Source: Mobula birostris
Taxonomy: Eukaryota
Direction: 5' to 3'
DNA length: 64,000 nucleotides
Assembly (NCBI RefSeq): GCF_030028105.1
Contig: NC_092375.1
Span: 182,501,250-182,565,249 of the forward strand
The position numbers and the translations under genes are program-made. Shown here piece by piece: positions 1 to 11,875 of the stretch. The notes under the pieces are model-generated. The model was given only the letters and a program-made list of their open reading frames with translations, had not been told where the DNA came from and made no database searches. How positions within the stretch are numbered: the stretch's first letter is position 1; each line of letters opens with the position of its first letter.

Positions 1-196
1 GTACTTTGAATGTTATTAGTGATACTACTGTGCAAATAAAAAGATCACATCTGCTCATCTACTCTACCAGATAGATACTCACGGGACTCCAGATTAGTCA
101 GTACTGTTTTACCTGTAGCACATCCTTGTGGACTTTATTCAATCATATTGTTATTTTCTTAGTGTCCAACTACCACATCCTTGTAATGGTTTGTAA

Positions 197-288
197 CTCA
201 TACAAAGTGCTGGAAAAGCTCAGCAGGCCAGGCAGCATCTATGGAAAAGAGTAAACAGTCAACATTTCAGGCCAAGACCCTTCATCTG
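197..288 (-). mobile_element. Penelope-like element terminal fragment with degenerate hammerhead
   Basis: Matches the PLE terminus seen elsewhere in the window (tgctggaaaagctcagcaggccaggcagcatctatgg...ccaagacccttcatc); the minus-strand core reads CAGATGA instead of CTGATGA. Confidence 0.7.
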
Positions 289-337
289 CACATTTTCTCA
301 TCCTTATAATGGTTAACTTTATTTTTATAGGGGAGAA

Positions 338-459
338 TGCAGGTCTTTTAGCAAAGATGGCCTACAGCTGAATAAAGAAGCTCGGAATTTTTTTTTGGAG
401 TTCAAAAAATTCTGAGCTTCCTCGTTCTTCTCTAAGCTATCTTCGTTAAAAGACCTCCA
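338..459. repeat. Imperfect long inverted repeat (about 55-bp arms), MITE-like or hairpin
   Basis: aggtcttttagcaaagatgg...ctcggaatttttt pairs with aaaaaattctgagcttc...atcttcgttaaaagacct. Confidence 0.75.
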
Positions 460-1504
460 GAACTTTTGGAGTTAAGGCGCAATAGCTATTATTTCAACAT
501 CGCACAAATATTTTGCAAGCCTCATTAAAAATGATTAACCTTAAGGTCATAAGAATATAGGTGGGAGAATTAAAATGTTTAAGTCTCCACCAGCATCTGG
601 TCACAACTTAGCAACTCCTAACTCTCTTACCCAAGTGAGTAAGAGAGTTAGTAACCATATTTCCTTTCTGTTCCTTTCTATGAACATAAAACTCTCTCAT
701 GACATCTCAGAATATCATCTGCTACAGTAAAATTTTGTCCTTTTGCAAATGTAAGATTTATTTTCATTTAATATTTTTCAATTCAACACCATAGAACAGT
801 ACCATGCATGTACTTTTACTGCTAATATTCTCAAATACTTGGAATTCAGAACTGTGGGGCTTCCTATTGAATACCAAGGGATTTATTGAGAAACAATCCT
901 CGAGGATTTCTTTACAAACCTAGTGTTTTGAGCTTTCAAACCTTGATTCTAAGCAATTATTGAAAGATTTTGTGCACCCCACAGATAGATGAATAAAATA
1001 TCATCACCTACACAGATCAACTGCTGCGGAAAGGTGAAATTGGCATCAGGATTGGCTGATGTTTGGCTGCTGCTAAAAAACTAAGTCAACACAAAATCAA
1101 TGACAGGAGAGCTGCTACCATCCATAACTTTGATGAGCTGTTATTTAAATTTACAGTTCCATCAAAACTTAACAAATTCTAGAGTGAATGGATTTTGTTG
1201 TTGGCCTGAAGCATTCTGAAGTCGTACAGATATCCTGAGCCATGGCATGGACTCAAGTTACATAACATGGGGGTGGAGATGAAAGCCCCAAGCCTTAGAA
1301 AACCACTTGTAGCTGCTAAGGCATTGGCGTCTGTCAAAACTGACAAGATTATTGAATGTTTGTGAATGGCACCAACATTCTAAAACATTTAAAGACGATT
1401 GTAAGCAATATAAAGAACTTAAAACATTTATACATTATTAATGTATCTCTTTAAAATTCAGATAAAAGATCTTAACTAATTAGCAAAGTTAAACAGCAAT
1501 GGAC

Positions 1505-2185
1505 CTGTTGCTGGATCCAGCATATAAGTGCAACTACAAAGATAGCAGAGCAGCATCTCTGCTTCCTTGAGAGTTGTGTAGATTTGGCATGGCATCTAAA
1601 ATTTTACCAAACTTCTGTAGATGTGAGATGGAGAGTATATTAACTGGCTACATCGCAGTCCGGTATGGAAACACCGAGGATACAGCCCAGTACATCATGG
1701 GTAAAGCCCTCTCCACCAATGAGCACATCTACATGTTGTTGCAGGAATGTAACATCTGTCATTAAGGACACCCACGATGCAGAACATGCTCTCTTCTCTT
1801 CCTGCTGCCATCAAGAAGTAGATACAAGAGCTTCAGGACTCACACCACCATGTTCAGGAACAGTTGTTATCCCTTAAACATATGGCTGTTGAACCAAAGT
1901 GGGTAACTTCACTCACACCATCATTGTGATGTTTCCATACTCACTTCAAGGGCTTTTCACCTCATGTTCTTGATATTTATTTTTTTGTTATTACTTCTTC
2001 CTTTTTGTATTTGCAGTTTGTTGTCTTTTGCACACTGCTTGGCCCAAGTTGGTTCAGTCTTTCATTGGTTCTATTATGGTTATTATTCTATTATGGATTT
2101 ATTATGTCCACAAGAAAATGAATCTCGCGGTTGTATGTGGTGACATATATGTCCTTTGATATTAAATTTACTTTGAACTTTGAAT
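1505..2185 (+). mobile_element. Rex1/Babar LINE 3' fragment
   Basis: Translation KILPNFCRCEMESILTGYIAVRYGN resembles the Rex1 RT C-terminus (NFYRCTIESILTGCITAWYGN); tail ...aaatttactttgaactttgaa. Confidence 0.8.
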
Positions 2186-2984
2186 AATTGAACAAAATGA
2201 ACTTCCCAATCTTTCTTCCCTCCAACTATATAATCCCAATTGAAATCAATTGGCTGGCGGAAACTGCACCAGCTCCAATTTTGCTGCAAAATCCGTAACT
2301 GACTCCAGTTCTAGGGAATCTCAGCAAGATTTTGATCCATTCTGTGGGGAATCTAGCTGCAAAACTTAGCAGTGTAATGGCTCGAAAATCTTGGCCAGTC
2401 AGTACAGGGCTTCAGCTTTATATGTGAGTTTTGAACCCTGCCACCACTTAAACAAAGAACTGTTCTGACCAATAAAGTATGGTCCTCTGGGGGGAAAAGT
2501 ATCTACAATAAATTCCTATACAGACTCTGTACACAGTTGAGTGCAAATAAACATTACTGCATGAAAAAGATTTCTGCAATGAATGTTCTGCATTATTTTA
2601 CTACTTGGAGCTTAATGCGTTAACTGAAATAGATCAGCCTCAGTAATTCACATCTGACTAAATGAGAAAGCATCAAAAGTTCACACATAATGGTGGCAAA
2701 TGTAAGTTTGGTACAAAATGTTTAAATATAATCCAGAAAAAATTGATTCAAACATGGACCACGTGTTTTTTTTTGTTCTTTTATGGAAGCTGGCTATTTG
2801 GTACATAGTCTTCTGTTGAACTGTACGTCGAGACTGACTATATTATGCCAGAGCTTCTTGAAGTTGTCATCATGTCATATTTTTTTCATGTTCAGTATAT
2901 TATGACAACTTACTATAGGTTTAGTGTCATGATGTCCCACAGAAATGTCAAAACTGAAAACTGAATCTGAAACAGAACTACATC

Positions 2985-3745
2985 TCTGGCTATCCATCCC
3001 ATAGGGTGATGATGGTTCCTTGCAGTCAGTTAATGGGGTTTGTTATGTCCATCCTGGAGTGGCTGTACAGGCCGATCCTTGACAGGCACTGCTTGCCATA
3101 GACTTGGCAGGTGAGGCCTGGAGGGGCAGCAGGGGCAGAAGCTCTGTTGTGGAGCTTCCTGTGCCTTTCCTCTGTTGCCTCATTGAGCTTGTTCTCAGCA
3201 CCTTTTCTGATAGCGTCCCTCCACTGTGAGCAATCTTGAGCCAGATCCTCCCATGTTGATGGGGCAATGTCAGCTTTCTTGAGGCTCCTGTGCAGAACAT
3301 CCTTGTACCATAGTCTCTGGCCTCCTCATTTTCGGGTACCACTGGACAGTTGGCCATCCAAGATGTCCTTGGGCTGACTTCCGTCAGGCATTCTGACATG
3401 TCCTGCCCAGCGCAGTTGGGCTGATATCACCAAGGTTGAAACTGCTGGCATTCCTGCTCGAGAGAGAACTTCGGTATTGGAGACCTTGTCTCGCCAGGTG
3501 ATCTTCATCAGAGAACGTAGGTGATGCTGCTGCAGTTGGTCAAGCTGGTGTAAGTGTCTCTGATATGGGCACCATGTCTCATATCCGTATAACAAGGTTG
3601 ATATGACAATGACCCTGTATACCTTGCACTTGGTGGCCAGCCTGATGTTCTGTGACCAAACTCGATCTTTCAACTGACCAAAGACAAAGCAGGCTTTTCT
3701 GGTTCTTGACTCAATCTCTACATCCAGAGAAGCTGAGGATGTTAT
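2985..3745 (-). mobile_element. RTE-clade LINE 3' fragment
   Basis: ORF 3326-3814 contains TKCKVYRVIVISTLLYGYETW...QLRWAGHVRMPD, typical of the RTE RT C-terminal region. Confidence 0.85.
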
Positions 3746-3764
3746 TATGCTACATACAGTTCTG

Positions 3765-4282
3765 GTCATCCCATTATAGAAAGAGTGTCGAGTCTTTGAT
3801 GAGAGTGTAGACAAGGTTTACCAGGATGCTGCCTGGATTAGAATGCATGTAAGTTTGGATAAACTTGTTTTTTTTTCCCCACTGGAGCAGCGGAGGCTGA
3901 CGGGAGATCTGATAGAGGTTTATAAGATTATGAGAGGTTTCGATGGAGTAGACAGACAACATCCTTTTCCAAGGATATAAATGTCGAATACAGGAAAGCA
4001 TGCATTTAAGGTGAGGCAGCGTCACTTCGAAGGAGATGTGAGGGGAAAGGTTTTTTTTTGAACAGAGCAGTGGGTGTCTGGAATGCACTGCCTGGGGTGT
4101 TGGTAGAAGCAGAAACATTAAGAGAATATTAAGAGACATTTAGATAGACAATGAATGTGAGGAAAAGTCTGGAGGCAGAAGAGATTAGTTTCGTTAGCCA
4201 TTTTATTACTAAGTTAATTGGTTTGGCACAACATTGTGGGATGAAGGCTCTGTTCCTGTGCTGTACTGTTCTATATTCTATG
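3765..4282 (+). mobile_element. CR1 LINE 3' fragment
   Basis: aggtttaccaggatgctgcctgga...gatctgatagaggtttataag; tail ctgtactgttctatattctat. Confidence 0.8.
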
Positions 4283-4734
4283 AATGATTTTCAGATTTAG
4301 AAATAGCCAACCAGTAGTACTAATGACCCTATTTTAACTTTTTCAATCCAACTGCTGTACATGCATATCCTGTACATCTCCTGTATACACATTATGGATG
4401 AATCCAGATTTAAATAACTTAGAGTGAATTTATTATTCAGTAATTTCCACCACCAAATTTTCCAGTTACAAAGGACAAAAGCCAAGGAATTCATATACTG
4501 GCAATTTAAAATGGCTCTTATTAGATTGCATAGAAACATTACTTTACCATTAAATAAACATTATGAATTTATCTTTTATTAACAAAAATGTTGACTGAAG
4601 TGATATTATTCAACCAATAGTTCTGTAACTGCAAAAGACAATCTACATTAAGTCCTAGCTGATAATGAAGATTTATTTACATTTGTTCTCATGTAGTTGT
4701 TCAATCAGTTCAGTGTTTCATTAAAAAGGAAAAT

Positions 4735-4968
4735 ATTACTGACACTGGAAATCTGAAATGTAGTAAATCTGTAAATAATTATCAGGCCAAAGTACTTTCT
4801 GTGGCTCTGTAGAGAATGTAAGGTTATCATTTAAGGTCAATGACCCTTCTGGGTTATGGGGTTCTGACAAAAGGAATTGACCTGAAAGATTATTCCTACC
4901 CTTCCTGCGCCGCATGTACTACCTTACCTGCTGAGTGTTTTCAGCATTTTCTATCTTAATTTCAGTTG
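4735..4968. mobile_element. Old inverted pair of PLE termini
   Basis: ctggaaatctgaaat...tttaaggtcaatgacccttc followed by its degenerate inverse (ctgacaaaagg..cctgaaag...cctgctgagtgttttcagcatttt). Confidence 0.5.
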
Positions 4969-5064
4969 CTTAAATATAATGCAGTGCGTAGAACTGATCC
5001 CAAGTAGAAATTCTGATCTAAAGTATCTCTGATCTTTAATTGGTGCAGCATTATTTGATTTCAA

Positions 5065-5497
5065 GTAGAACCATTAGACATAGGAGCAGAATTAGGCCAT
5101 TTGGCCCATTGAGTCTGATCCGCCATTTCATCATGACAGATCCATTTCCCTCTCAGACCCAATCTCCTGCCTTCTCCCCACATTCCTTCATGCCCCCACC
5201 AATCAAGAATCTAGCAGCCTTTGCCTTAAATATACACAAAGACTTGGCCTCCACAGCTGTCTGTGGCAACGAATTCCACAGATTCACCACTCCCTAGCTA
5301 AAGAAATTCCTCCTCATCTCCATTCTCAAAGGACGGCCCTCTATTCTGAGGCTGCGCCCTCTGCTTCTAGACTCTGCCACCATAGGAAACATCCTCTCCA
5401 CATCCACTTTGTAAAGGCCTTTCGCCATTCGATAGGTTTCAATGAGGTCACCCCTCATTCTTCTGAAATCCAGTGAATACAGACCCAGAGCCATCAA
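5065..5497 (-). mobile_element. CR1 LINE 3' fragment
   Basis: Minus translation LMALGLYSLDFRRMRGDLIETYRM...RRNFFS. Confidence 0.85.
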
Positions 5498-5644
5498 ATT
5501 TAACCAGTAACAACCCATACTTAATGAAAGAAACACTGGAATGTAAAGAGAGAATAATTTGCATAATTCATTTCTCAAACATCCAAAACATGGCAGGTTA
5601 AATTCATCTTCACATAATCAGCACAGCCTTTGGAAGGTTGACGA

Positions 5645-6226
5645 AAATCAGAATCAGAATCCTTTATTATCGCCAAGTATGTGGACACGTACAGGGAATT
5701 TGATGCTGGTTTCCCTGAGCTCTCGCTGTACAGACTCAAAAAGCAAACAAAACAATAGTGCAAAAAATGGTGAACTATATACAATGAGGTATACCTGTGT
5801 ATGTACAGGTGGACTTGGTTTATAATAGACTAAAATTCAAGTGTTCATAAGACTGATGGCATATGGAAAGAAACTGTTCTTGTACCTATTTGTCCTGGCT
5901 ACAGTGATCTAAAGCACCTACCAGAAGGAAGAAGTTGGAACAGGTGATGGCCAGGGTGTGATGGGTCTACAATGATGCTCTTGCTCGCTTCCTGACTCTA
6001 GATGAATGTAAGTCCTGGATCGAGGGCAGCTTCACACCAATAGTCCTTTCTGCAGCCCTGACGGTTCTTTGGAGTCTATTCTTGTCTTGTTTGGTAGCTG
6101 ATCCAAACCAGACAGTGATGGATGAACAGAGAACAGACTGGATTATTCCTGAATAGAATTGAATCAGCAGCTCCTGAGGCAGGTTGTACTTCCTGAGTTG
6201 ACGTAGGAAATACAACCTCTGCTGAT
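5645..6226 (-). mobile_element. Rex1/Babar LINE 3' fragment
   Basis: QQRLYFLRQLRKYNLPQELLIQFYSGIIQSVLCSSITVWFG; (attctg)n tail. Confidence 0.85.
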
Positions 6227-6724
6227 TCAAAAAGGGTATTTGAAGACCAAGGTCTCAAATCTAGCACGTGACTCATGAGTTTTAGGGGGTATATATGATT
6301 CCATATTGAATGATCCTGTCCTTTCTTTCTGAGGCAAGGCTTGCTACAGCATTCATTTCAAAATATTGAAAACAGCATTTCAAGACACTGGAGAAAAAGT
6401 TCCTGTCACAGCGTACAGTGGCAGGACTGGACCCAGGTGCAGGGGAATGGCAGACTCTGTCACAGTGGGGTCTGACAATGACCCAGAGGAATGGTAGACT
6501 TCCCATGAAGTGACAGAAACAAGAGCTATAGAAATACCAATAGATGACCAGCGGCACACGCAAGCAACACCACAAGCCAAACACACAGGGACTCCCAACC
6601 AGTACTAAACAAGAATCCCCTTCAAATAATCATAGAAAGTGGGAACCTATGCCGTCACAATTAACTAGACAAGATTAAGTAGAAAGTATCAGGGCTTCAT
6701 GGCTCTAGCAATTAGTAACTACAG

Positions 6725-7335
6725 GTGCTCAAGAAACCTAGAAGCCCAATACTCTACAGCAAGCTGCAGAATCCTGCAGGGCTCATGACAGCATCAAATC
6801 TATCTCCACAAGCTTCTTCAGATTCACTGGAGGAACAAATAAACTAATGTCTTCAATGCCCATATAATCTTTATTAAGGCCCTAGTTACATTCAGTTAGC
6901 TCTGTTGGGCAGGCCACGTCATTCATCTGACTGACATCAGGCTCCCAATACAGACACGGAGAGAAGATCACCACACAGACAGAAGAAAAGATTCAAGGAT
7001 ATGTTCAAAGCCTGTTAAAGAAATTCATCATCCCACTGGCTCCGGAGAATTTCTGGCCCTTGACTGCTCAAACTGAAAGATAATTTGGGATGGTACTGAG
7101 AATATTGAGGAGACATTTCAGAACACAGAGGCTTTGCATGAGCGTCAAAAGGAGTACAGCACTTCACAAACTGATCACCCACCCTCTCCGTCAACCACAA
7201 CCTGCCCCATTCCAGAGGAGTAGGCATCTCATGGACTCATGCAAAAGTATCAGTGCATTTTGGCCACATTAGCCACCTGAGGACTGACAAAAACCAAAGA
7301 TGCATAAGTCATCCCTGAACTCAATGAACTATCTA
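6725..7335 (+). mobile_element. Degenerate RTE LINE 3' fragment
   Basis: ctctgttgggcaggccacgtcattcat...caggctccca encodes a decayed LRWAGHV..M.D.RLP motif. Confidence 0.6.
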
Positions 7336-7587
7336 ATAAGAGTAACAAGTAAATAATTATCAAAATATTGGATCTATGTAATCTATAACAATACCTCAGA
7401 TCAGGCTATCACTATTCAGTAAACCAACAAGCATATTTCCATTTTAGAAAATCCAGTTTGCATGTACTGGCTGCTTCTCTCCATTTCACACTTGCCCTTA
7501 TTTCACTCTGTATAACCAGCAAACAACTGGCAAAACAATCGAAACAAAATGATAATCAATTTGGATAATAGTCCTCGGTAGTGAGTC

Positions 7588-8050
7588 TAAAAATGCAAAC
7601 GCAAGGAATTCTGCAGACGCTGGAAATGCAAGCAACACACATCAAAGTTGCTGGTGAACGCAGCAGGCCAGGCAGCATCTCTAGGAAGAGGCACAGTTGT
7701 CGTTTCGGGCCGAGACCCTTCGTCAGGACTAACTGAAAGAAGAGATAGTAAGAGATTTGGAAGTGGGAGGGGGAGGGGGAGGGGGAGATCCAAAATGATA
7801 GGAGAAGACAGGAGGAGGAGGGATGGAGCCAAGAGCTGGACAGGTGATTGGCAAAAGGGATACGAGAGGATCATGGGACAGGAGGCCCAGGGAGAAAGAA
7901 AGGGAGGAGTGGGGGAACCCAGAGGATGAGCAGGGGGTATAGTGAGAGGGACAGGGGGAGAAAAAGGAGAGAGAGAAAAAGAATGTGTGTATATAAATAA
8001 ATAATCGATGTGGTACGAGGGGGAGGTGGGGCATTAGCAGAAGTTTGAGA
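7588..8050 (-). mobile_element. Penelope-like element 3' region with hammerhead motif
   Basis: Near-identical to the copies at 52469 and 62168; minus strand reads agtcCTGACGAagggtctcggcccGAAAcgac (cleavage-site U replaced by A). Confidence 0.8.
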
Positions 8051-8419
8051 AAATAATTGGGATAAAATAATTTGACATAGAATATAGATGATGCTTGCAT
8101 TCAGAAATAGGTAATGTAATCAAAAAAGACAACAAGTTTGAAGAATTGAATCCAAAAACAGCTAACAAAAATGCAAGCATTATACAGCTACACAACAGAC
8201 AGAAGCTCTCGCACAGAGAGGAGGAATTCAAATCCCACTTACGAAAGCACAAATTTGAGAGGTTGTGGAGTGGTGGATAGACAATGCAATGAGTGTAGAA
8301 TGAAATTGGTCACTAGCAGCAAATGTGTGCATGCGTACTATCAGCCAAAGGTATGGAATCCTTTCATTTAGACTCATTGATGTTAGTGGGTAATACTGTG
8401 AAATGCTGCTCTTCATGAA

Positions 8420-9665
8420 CTATGGCTAGCGTTCAAATCTAATCAATAAGCTTCAATACCTCCTTGTGCAACTGCATCCTCAATTTCCTCACTTGCAGAG
8501 CCGAGTCAGTTCAGGTTGGCAGTAACATCTCCTCCACAATCTCCCTCGGCGCAGGTACACCACAGGGCTGTGTGCTTCGCCCCCTGCTCTACTCGCTTTA
8601 CACTTATGACTGTGAGGCTGAGCACAGCTCCAACGCCATATTCAAGATTGCTGATGACACCACTGCCACTGGCTGAATCAAAGGTGGTGATGAATCAGTA
8701 TATAGGAGGGAGATTGAAAATCTGGTTGAGTGGTGCCACAACAACAACTTCTTGCTCAATGTCAGCAAGATCAATGAGATAATTATTGACTTCTGGAGGT
8801 GAAAACTGGGGGGTTTTGAACCTGTCTTCATTGGGGAATCAAAGGTGGAGAGGGTCAGCAACTTTAAATTCCTCAGTGTTATCATTTCAGAGGATTTGTC
8901 TTGGGCCCAGCATATAAGTGCAAATTCAAAGAGAAGAGCAGCACCTCTACGTTCTTAGAAGTCTGCAAAGATTCGACATGACTTCTAAAACTTTGACAAA
9001 CTTCTATAGATGTGTGGGGGAGAGTGTATTGGCTAGCTGAACTGGGGCCTGGTATCAAAACATTAATTCCCTTGTACGGAAAAACCTACAAAAAGTAGTG
9101 AATATGCCCCAGTCCATCACAGGTAAATCACTCCCCACCACTGAGCACATCAACCTGAAGTGCTGTTCCAGGAAAGCAGCATCCATCATCAGGAACTCCC
9201 ATTTTCCAGGTCATGCTCTCTTCTCGCTGCTGTCATTAGGAAAAAGGTACAGGAGCTTCAGAACCCACACCACAAGGTTCAGAAACAGATATTACTCCTC
9301 AATCATCAGGCTGTTGAAGCAGATGGGATAATTTAACTCAATTTCACTCATCCATCACTGGACTGTTCCCACAAGGTATGGACTCGCTTTCAAGAAATCG
9401 TCATGTCATGTTCTCAATATTGTTTGTTAATCTATTATCATCATCATTATTATTATTATATCTTCTTTCTCTTTCTTTTTGTATTTGCACAGTTTATAAT
9501 TTTTGTTTGGACAATGGTTGTTTTTTCATCCTGTTGGGTGCAGTCTTTAGTTGATTCTATTGAGTTTCTTGTATCAACCGTGGTTGCCCACAAGAGAATG
9601 AATTTCAGGGTTGTATATGGTAAGATATATGTACTTTGATAATAAATTTACTTTGAACCTTGAAC
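8420..9665 (+). mobile_element. Rex1/Babar LINE, 5'-truncated and decayed
   Basis: GTPQGCVLRPLLYSLYTYDC...KIADDTT RT motifs; tail aataaatttactttgaac. Confidence 0.9.
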
Positions 9666-10294
9666 CGACTGCCAATATTCACTTACGCATTTTGCACCAG
9701 TCACAAAAAGTGACGTCCTCTTGTAATTAAGGGAAGTCTAGTTGAAGGATAGGATAGAATGCTCAATCTGTATTTAGCAGTGATTATTGAATGTAACTCT
9801 GAAATATACACATTTTTTAAATGCAAAGGTGGCACAAAATTACATAAAACTGTGTTGCAATAAACGTTCTGGAATTTAACTAAGTTTGCAACGATGCAAT
9901 ATTACAGACAGCAAACTGTAACAGTTTGAATTTATCAGGGTTGCTGGGTAGTGTGGCTCGAAGGGCCAGAAGTGCCTATTCTGCACAGTATCAATCACTC
10001 CATCAATTTTCCATCAGGACATGTACCATATAATTCAATCATACCATTCTTACCTGTAGTGGTATCTACTGAGTATTTAAAACCTTTTCTCTGTGTATCC
10101 TAAAATATTAATTACAATTTCATAATGGGTAGACTGAGTCCATGTCCTTAGAACAAACTTCATTCTGTGTGTTGTGGACTTCCAATTTTGCAAGTCATTT
10201 GTTAAAGTGTGGTGGTTAGGACAGAGAACGGAGACAGCTAGTCTCCATTGTCACTCATTGCTAATGAAAATGAATGATTTTATTTTGAACTGAA

Positions 10295-10445
10295 TCATGA
10301 TTAGTCAGTGCATGAAGTGTTACAGGGAGAAGGCAGGAGATCGGGGCTGAGATGGAAATGGATCAGCCATGAAGAGATTGTGGAGCAGACTCGATGGGCC
10401 AAATAGTTAATTCTGATCCTGTATCTTATGGTCTTATTGTCTTAT
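10295..10445 (+). mobile_element. CR1 3' tail fragment
   Basis: gattagtcagtgcatgaag...ggagcagactcgatgggcc...tatcttatggtctt. Confidence 0.7.
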
Positions 10446-10489
10446 ACTCCATTGCAGATTTGAGAATGGATTGCGGTTGCAGAAAATTA

Positions 10490-10670
10490 AAATTCAAAGT
10501 TCAAAGTAATTTTATTATCAAAGCACTTATATGTCACCATATATAACCCTGAGATTAATTTTCTTGTGGACATACTCAATAAATCCATAATATAATAATA
10601 ACCATAATAGAATCAATGAAAGACCACACCAACATGAGTGTTCAACAGTGTTCAAAAGACAACAAACATA
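10490..10670 (-). mobile_element. Rex1/Babar 3' tail fragment
   Basis: ttcaaagttcaaagtaattttattatcaaag is the reverse of the Rex tail seen at 2160 and 9640. Confidence 0.7.
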
Positions 10671-11825
10671 TTCTGATAAATATTGGAATGAAGACTTCTT
10701 CTATCCTAAGCTTCCAGCCAAAATTCACAGCTGGAGAATTTTCGTTAACATTGTGTTACATGGCAGGACATGATACCATATTATTTCCCTAGTGACAAAT
10801 TCATGCATATTTTTTTTAGAGACAATTCATAGAATCTTACGACACAGAAGGAGGCCATTCATCACATTAGTCATTGAAAGCCAATTAGTCCTATTCCTAT
10901 GGTTTAACAGGCCAGCAAACATTTCCAGCTACAATTATATATGACACAGTCCTGAGCATGTGACTCTGCTCCACATATGCTTGTAAGCATAGAAAAAAAA
11001 TTAAGCCCTTATCCTTGTATTATATAGAATTAATAATTTTTAAGTAAATAGGAGAGCTTCAACAATTTAAAGTTATTTGTCACTGCATAATAAATGAGCA
11101 AAAACTTTATAAAAATCCCGTTTGTAGACATTATCCTGATCACAATTTTTAGACCAGGTCACTAATTTTGTCTTTATGCAGGCATGTCTCGGTTAAATTA
11201 GACATAGTATTAGCTGTTGCATTTCAACTTGAAAATGGTGCTGATACTCAATTTTATGACGACTTGAAAGGAATATACTGATATTCCACTCTAACTTTGA
11301 GCATCAGAATTAGCTATAAACAGGTACTATAAGGTAAGGAGATAAAGAATGGAACATGGTAAAAGCAATTCATTTCTGTTTATATTAACGCAGTTTATTT
11401 GCTGTAGAGTCTAATAACAGTTCCAGGTACATTCAAAATCCCATGGTCTAAATAGAAATTGTATCCTGGCAAACAAGCTTGGAATTTCAGTTATATGTAG
11501 GCAGCTGTATTCCAAGCACTCTTTCCTGTTGCAAATCACAATGTAACTCAGAGATATTTTTAATAATATGTTTAGCCAATATGTTAAAATATGTAAATTT
11601 CCAGTTGCATATGTAAAATAGTTATCTATGTAAAATCTCTTCAAATTAAGTATCACATGAGTGAAAGAATGAAATTTACTCACAAAAAGTATTCCAAGGA
11701 AGGTGAAATGAGGAATTGAGAAATAATGTTCGAGGAATTTTGCAGAACAGTTAAAGGATTAAAGGATTAAGTCCGTGGTCACGTCTGTTCACATGCTAAT
11801 ATATTCAAGGAGCTAATGAGAGGGC

Positions 11826-11875
11826 AATTCACACCTAAACTAGGTGTGAAAAGGTTTAGGTGTGTGTTTGCATAT
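11826..11875. promoter_or_regulatory. Cluster of three T-box half-sites plus an octamer-like site (candidate enhancer core)
   Basis: TTCACACCT(11828-11836)-AAACT-AGGTGTGAA(11842-11850), AGGTGTGT(11858-11865) and GTTTGCAT(11866-11873), within a TE-poor island. Confidence 0.55.

Noticed and set aside
2249-2402. Weak inverted symmetry around ttttgctgcaaaa
   Set aside because: Arms too degenerate to align convincingly
7587-8100. Recurrent ORFs MLVNAAGQAASLGRG... and SPDEGSRPET... (also 52.5 kb, 62.1-62.7 kb)
   Set aside because: Translations of the non-coding PLE terminus and hammerhead, not a gene family
11182-11333. + strand acceptor/donor pair (ttatgcag|...AAG|gtaagg)
   Set aside because: The best frame hits TGA and the others close early; at most non-coding
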